Below, piece after piece: positions 61,301 through 64,000 of a stretch of 64,000 bases of DNA (position 1 is its first letter; every line of letters starts with the position of its first letter). The notes under the pieces are model-generated. The model saw only the letters and a program-made list of their open reading frames with translations. It did not search any database and was not told where the DNA came from. The DNA is taken from positions 23,808,001 to 23,872,000 of the forward strand of contig NW_025963791.1 in the NCBI RefSeq assembly GCF_023055435.1, in the 5' to 3' direction. Made by a program: the position numbers and the translations under genes. The DNA comes from Haliotis rufescens. Its lineage: Eukaryota.

Positions 61301-64000
61301 ATGGTGAAAGTCTGATGGCGTTTTGTAACTTGTGAACTCGTGATCGTACATTCGTTACATGTATAAATTCAGCTTGTAAAATCACGTACTCAGCACTAGT
61401 GACCCATGTAACTCATAGTTTTGTCCTGTCGAGGGGAGAGGTTATCGGCGAGAGGGGTGTGGGGTTAACACTATAGTATATCAGTACACAGTATATCATT
61501 CTCGAGCGAGGAAAGACAGCGCCGGTCGAAGACGTTTATCATTTTGGAGATCATATTCAGAGGTTATCCTCATAATATTCCAAGCAGAAAAGCGAGTGAG
61601 TGAGTTGGGTTTAACGTCGCTTTTAACAGTATTCCGGTCATATCACGGCGTGTTAGCTTAATGTGGGAGGAAAGCCCGAAGTGATGCAGGTCTCGGACGT
61701 TTACCAGTTTGGTGAAACCCACGGGTATGGTACAAACCTAGAAACATAATCGGGGCGAACCGGGATTCGAACCCACAATCATAGGTTCCTGGCGTGCACA
61801 TGGGACGGCGCCAATACTCTTAGGTTGCATTTACATACGATATAAGTATACTAAACATAAAAAGTTATGGATCATGAATATTTGTGGGGATATTTTTGTA
61901 GTGAAGACAGCACGATTTCTTAAAACAAATTGTTTTCATGATGGTTTCGCTCAGTAGGCTTTACATACAAAATGATGTTCAAATACATGATTTTGACAAG
62001 ATGACATTATGACCTTCAGATTATACGTCAAAGAAAATAAAATATGAATTTCAGTGTTAAATTACTAATTCCGGTTCCATGGAAATGTGTTGGTGTCTAC
62101 TAACCTATGGTCTTCGAAAGAATGGTCATGGCCCTATCAGAAAGGTTGGGGCAGCAGTATGGCTTGATGAAGTCGCAGGGGATAACAGCTCCCAAGGCGT
62201 TCAAGGAGGAGGATATGGTGCTGAGGAGGGAGAGAGAAAGTTATGAATTTTGTAGTCCAAAAAAACCAAAACATTTTGGATGTTGGTTAATCAATGGAAT
62301 TCAATATCTTTACGTGTATGCAACGGATATACTGTGTCAGAGGTCATGGGTTTAGACAGGGAGGCTATATATACGTCTTATATATACCCTCTGGGTTAAT
62401 TCAATATATCTGTTTGAAAAAATCCTAGTGCAGCCCATAAGAAATTGGGTAATATCAATGGGTTAATATTACCATGGCCGGCCAGCAGAATAGCCGTCAT
62501 ATAGCTGGAATATTGCTGAGTGCGGCGTTAAACAAGAAACCAACCAACCAAGCATTTTCATCAACAGAGAATACCTAGACACTTTGAAATATTCTGTCTG
62601 GCTGTTTATTTGATTCAAATGCTGTCTGTAGGCATGGACAGTATTGTACTTAATACGTTCACAATCAAGGGCGTACTGAACACCACTCACAGTTATCCTC
62701 AGAACTGTTCAGCCACGCCTCGCATGTGCACATCTGTGTAATGCACATGCAATATAGTATATGTGGGCCTACATACATCCAAATGTTAGCCCAGGATAGA
62801 TGTATTTGTGTGTTGCATATTCCGTTATTCTTCCGAACGCACTAACATGTACAGGTTTTGTCAATGCGATGCGTTGTATATCAGTGGTCTTCTTTTTGTT
62901 TCCTGGTTTAGCCTAGCGTCTCACAGGCGAAAAGATACTGATATGCCACAACAGAACGGCCATATCACACATCCTGACATAACACCAGACAAACCAGTGA
63001 ACAACGGGATACGGTGAAAAATAATCACCAAGGTCAATCGATCTCCATTTTTGGAGATTTTTGGAGTTATTTTGCCCCTTTCCATCTCATATCATTGTTA
63101 GCTACTACTGTATATCATGCATCTGTGATACTATGATACTATGGGACCGCCTCCGTGGTAAAGCTTCCGTCCGGAGAGCGGAAGGTCCGGGGTTTGATCC
63201 CCGGCCGCGTCGTACCAAAAGACGTTAAAAGATGGTACTTGTAGTTACCCTGTCTGGCGCTCGGCATTAAGGGGCTAAAACAAGGACTGGTCGGCTCGAA
63301 GTCAGTAAACTGTGTCTGAGTGGGGTATCCATGTTAAACTGTGGCATGGTATCTCAGTGAGCTAGCACTATAAATCGGCATCAGTCGGACTAGTACAAGC
63401 AGCCACACAAACAGACACACGTACATGCACGTCGCTATATAAGTGCAATAGTCTTGGACGCGACGTTAAACCCCATTTCACCTCACCTATGATACTATGG
63501 CACTAAGCTTCTTTGCTCGACTGATCAGCAGCGTTTATAAATAAGACTAACTCCCTGTTATAAAACAAAATACAAATGGCGTTATGAAACAATTACTGTT
63601 TATAAAAAAATGTACACACAGTTACAATAACGATTAACATCATTTCTCGCAAATTGTGAATAAGTTCTTTGCTTTGGATATTTTGTTAAAGACTAATCTG
63701 TATTTATGCCATGGCATGTCAGCATGAAGGGATACAGGTCGTAGAAGTTTACCACTTTGGTGAAACCCACGAGCACGGCATGGTGCGAACAACCAAAAAC
63801 AACCTTGCCAGGGTGAATATGTACTACGAACCCACGACCACAGGTTTCTTGCATGCATAAGGGGCGCAACTCTGTACAGCGAATTGCAGCGCCTTTGGCG
63901 ATTGGGCCATCTGTGATTATATTTTGACATACTTTGGTTGATGGCTAGCATGCCATTGATTAAGAATCGTGAAAAGTCGAACTGCAACGAATTACCTCAA
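53006..64000 (-). CDS. SLC5A8-like: Gene D: SLC5 sodium:solute symporter, 3' part (end of exon 8 to exon 15); starts beyond the right edge
   Basis: Exon 8 end 64000-63996 (TTGAG|gtaatt, with following intron sequence resembling gene C intron 8), then 62220-62105, 60546-60479, 57548-57462, 56987-56788, 54843-54743, 54394-54276, 53191-53006. Ends EELVTHL*. Close paralog of C, arranged tail-to-tail. Confidence 0.92.
53320..53980. mobile_element. Divergent delta pair in gene D intron 14 (53320-53562 -, 53710-53980 +)
   Basis: Consensus matches. Confidence 0.82.
53990..54165 (+). mobile_element. Possible Academ-type transposase C-terminal Cys-cluster remnant
   Basis: Frameshifted TCG.KSGCRCQTRQCTC...CTRACKC....CLNP. 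The family assignment is from memory. Confidence 0.38.
54888..55690 (-). repeat. Compound minisatellite (about 4 x 34 bp and about 15 x 40-41 bp) derived from the gene D exon-13 acceptor junction
   Basis: Minus-strand unit tcctacaaacaag|cgatccgttcacactgacgtaca versus true junction tcctacatttcag|cgacccgttcataccgatgtaca. Confidence 0.9.
56193..56439 (+). mobile_element. SINE family gamma nested inside a delta element
   Basis: Interrupts the delta consensus atcccaa|ttgcgtggatcg. Confidence 0.85.
57080..57315 (+). mobile_element. Delta element (another copy at 59866-60122)
   Basis: Consensus match. Confidence 0.82.
60735..60901 (+). mobile_element. SINE family gamma, 5'-truncated
   Basis: Body and tail only; flanking duplication tcatgcgg(g/a)gctttcta. 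A similar truncated copy lies at 23583-23708. Confidence 0.82.
61593..61811 (-). mobile_element. SINE family gamma
   Basis: Reverse copy with the head partly deleted. Confidence 0.8.
63145..63488 (+). mobile_element. SINE family beta
   Basis: Near full-length; TSD ctatgatactatgg. Confidence 0.88.

Overview
Eukaryotic, AT-rich, repeat-dense genomic DNA. The SINE, Penelope and Helentron-type repeats suggest a mollusc, possibly an abalone-like gastropod (inference only). The window holds a cluster of four paralogous SLC5 sodium:solute symporter genes of the SLC5A5/6/8/12 (SMCT/SMVT/NIS) clade, reconstructed by hand from GT-AG exons. Gene A (-) has exons 1-2 only and runs off the left edge. Gene B (-) is complete (6285-17803, 15 exons, 649 aa, ends DTNL). 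Gene C (+) has 15 exons (22593-49456) with a frameshifted last exon. Gene D (-) has exons 9-15 plus the end of exon 8 at the right edge and ends VTHL. Introns carry at least three tRNA-derived SINE families, an abundant head-less SINE-like family with a structured 5' end, LINE, Penelope and Tc1 remnants, MITEs and minisatellites. The most unusual signal is that several tandem arrays are amplified copies of the genes' own splice junctions. The clearest is a 6 x 94-bp array in gene B that creates five stop-free, phase-compatible mini versions of exon 14, each with an acceptor AG and a newly formed GTAAGA donor. Together with the frameshift in C and a weak exon-13 donor in C and D, this suggests repeated remodelling of the PDZ-bearing C-terminal tail. 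Exon coordinates were counted by hand; repeat boundaries are approximate.
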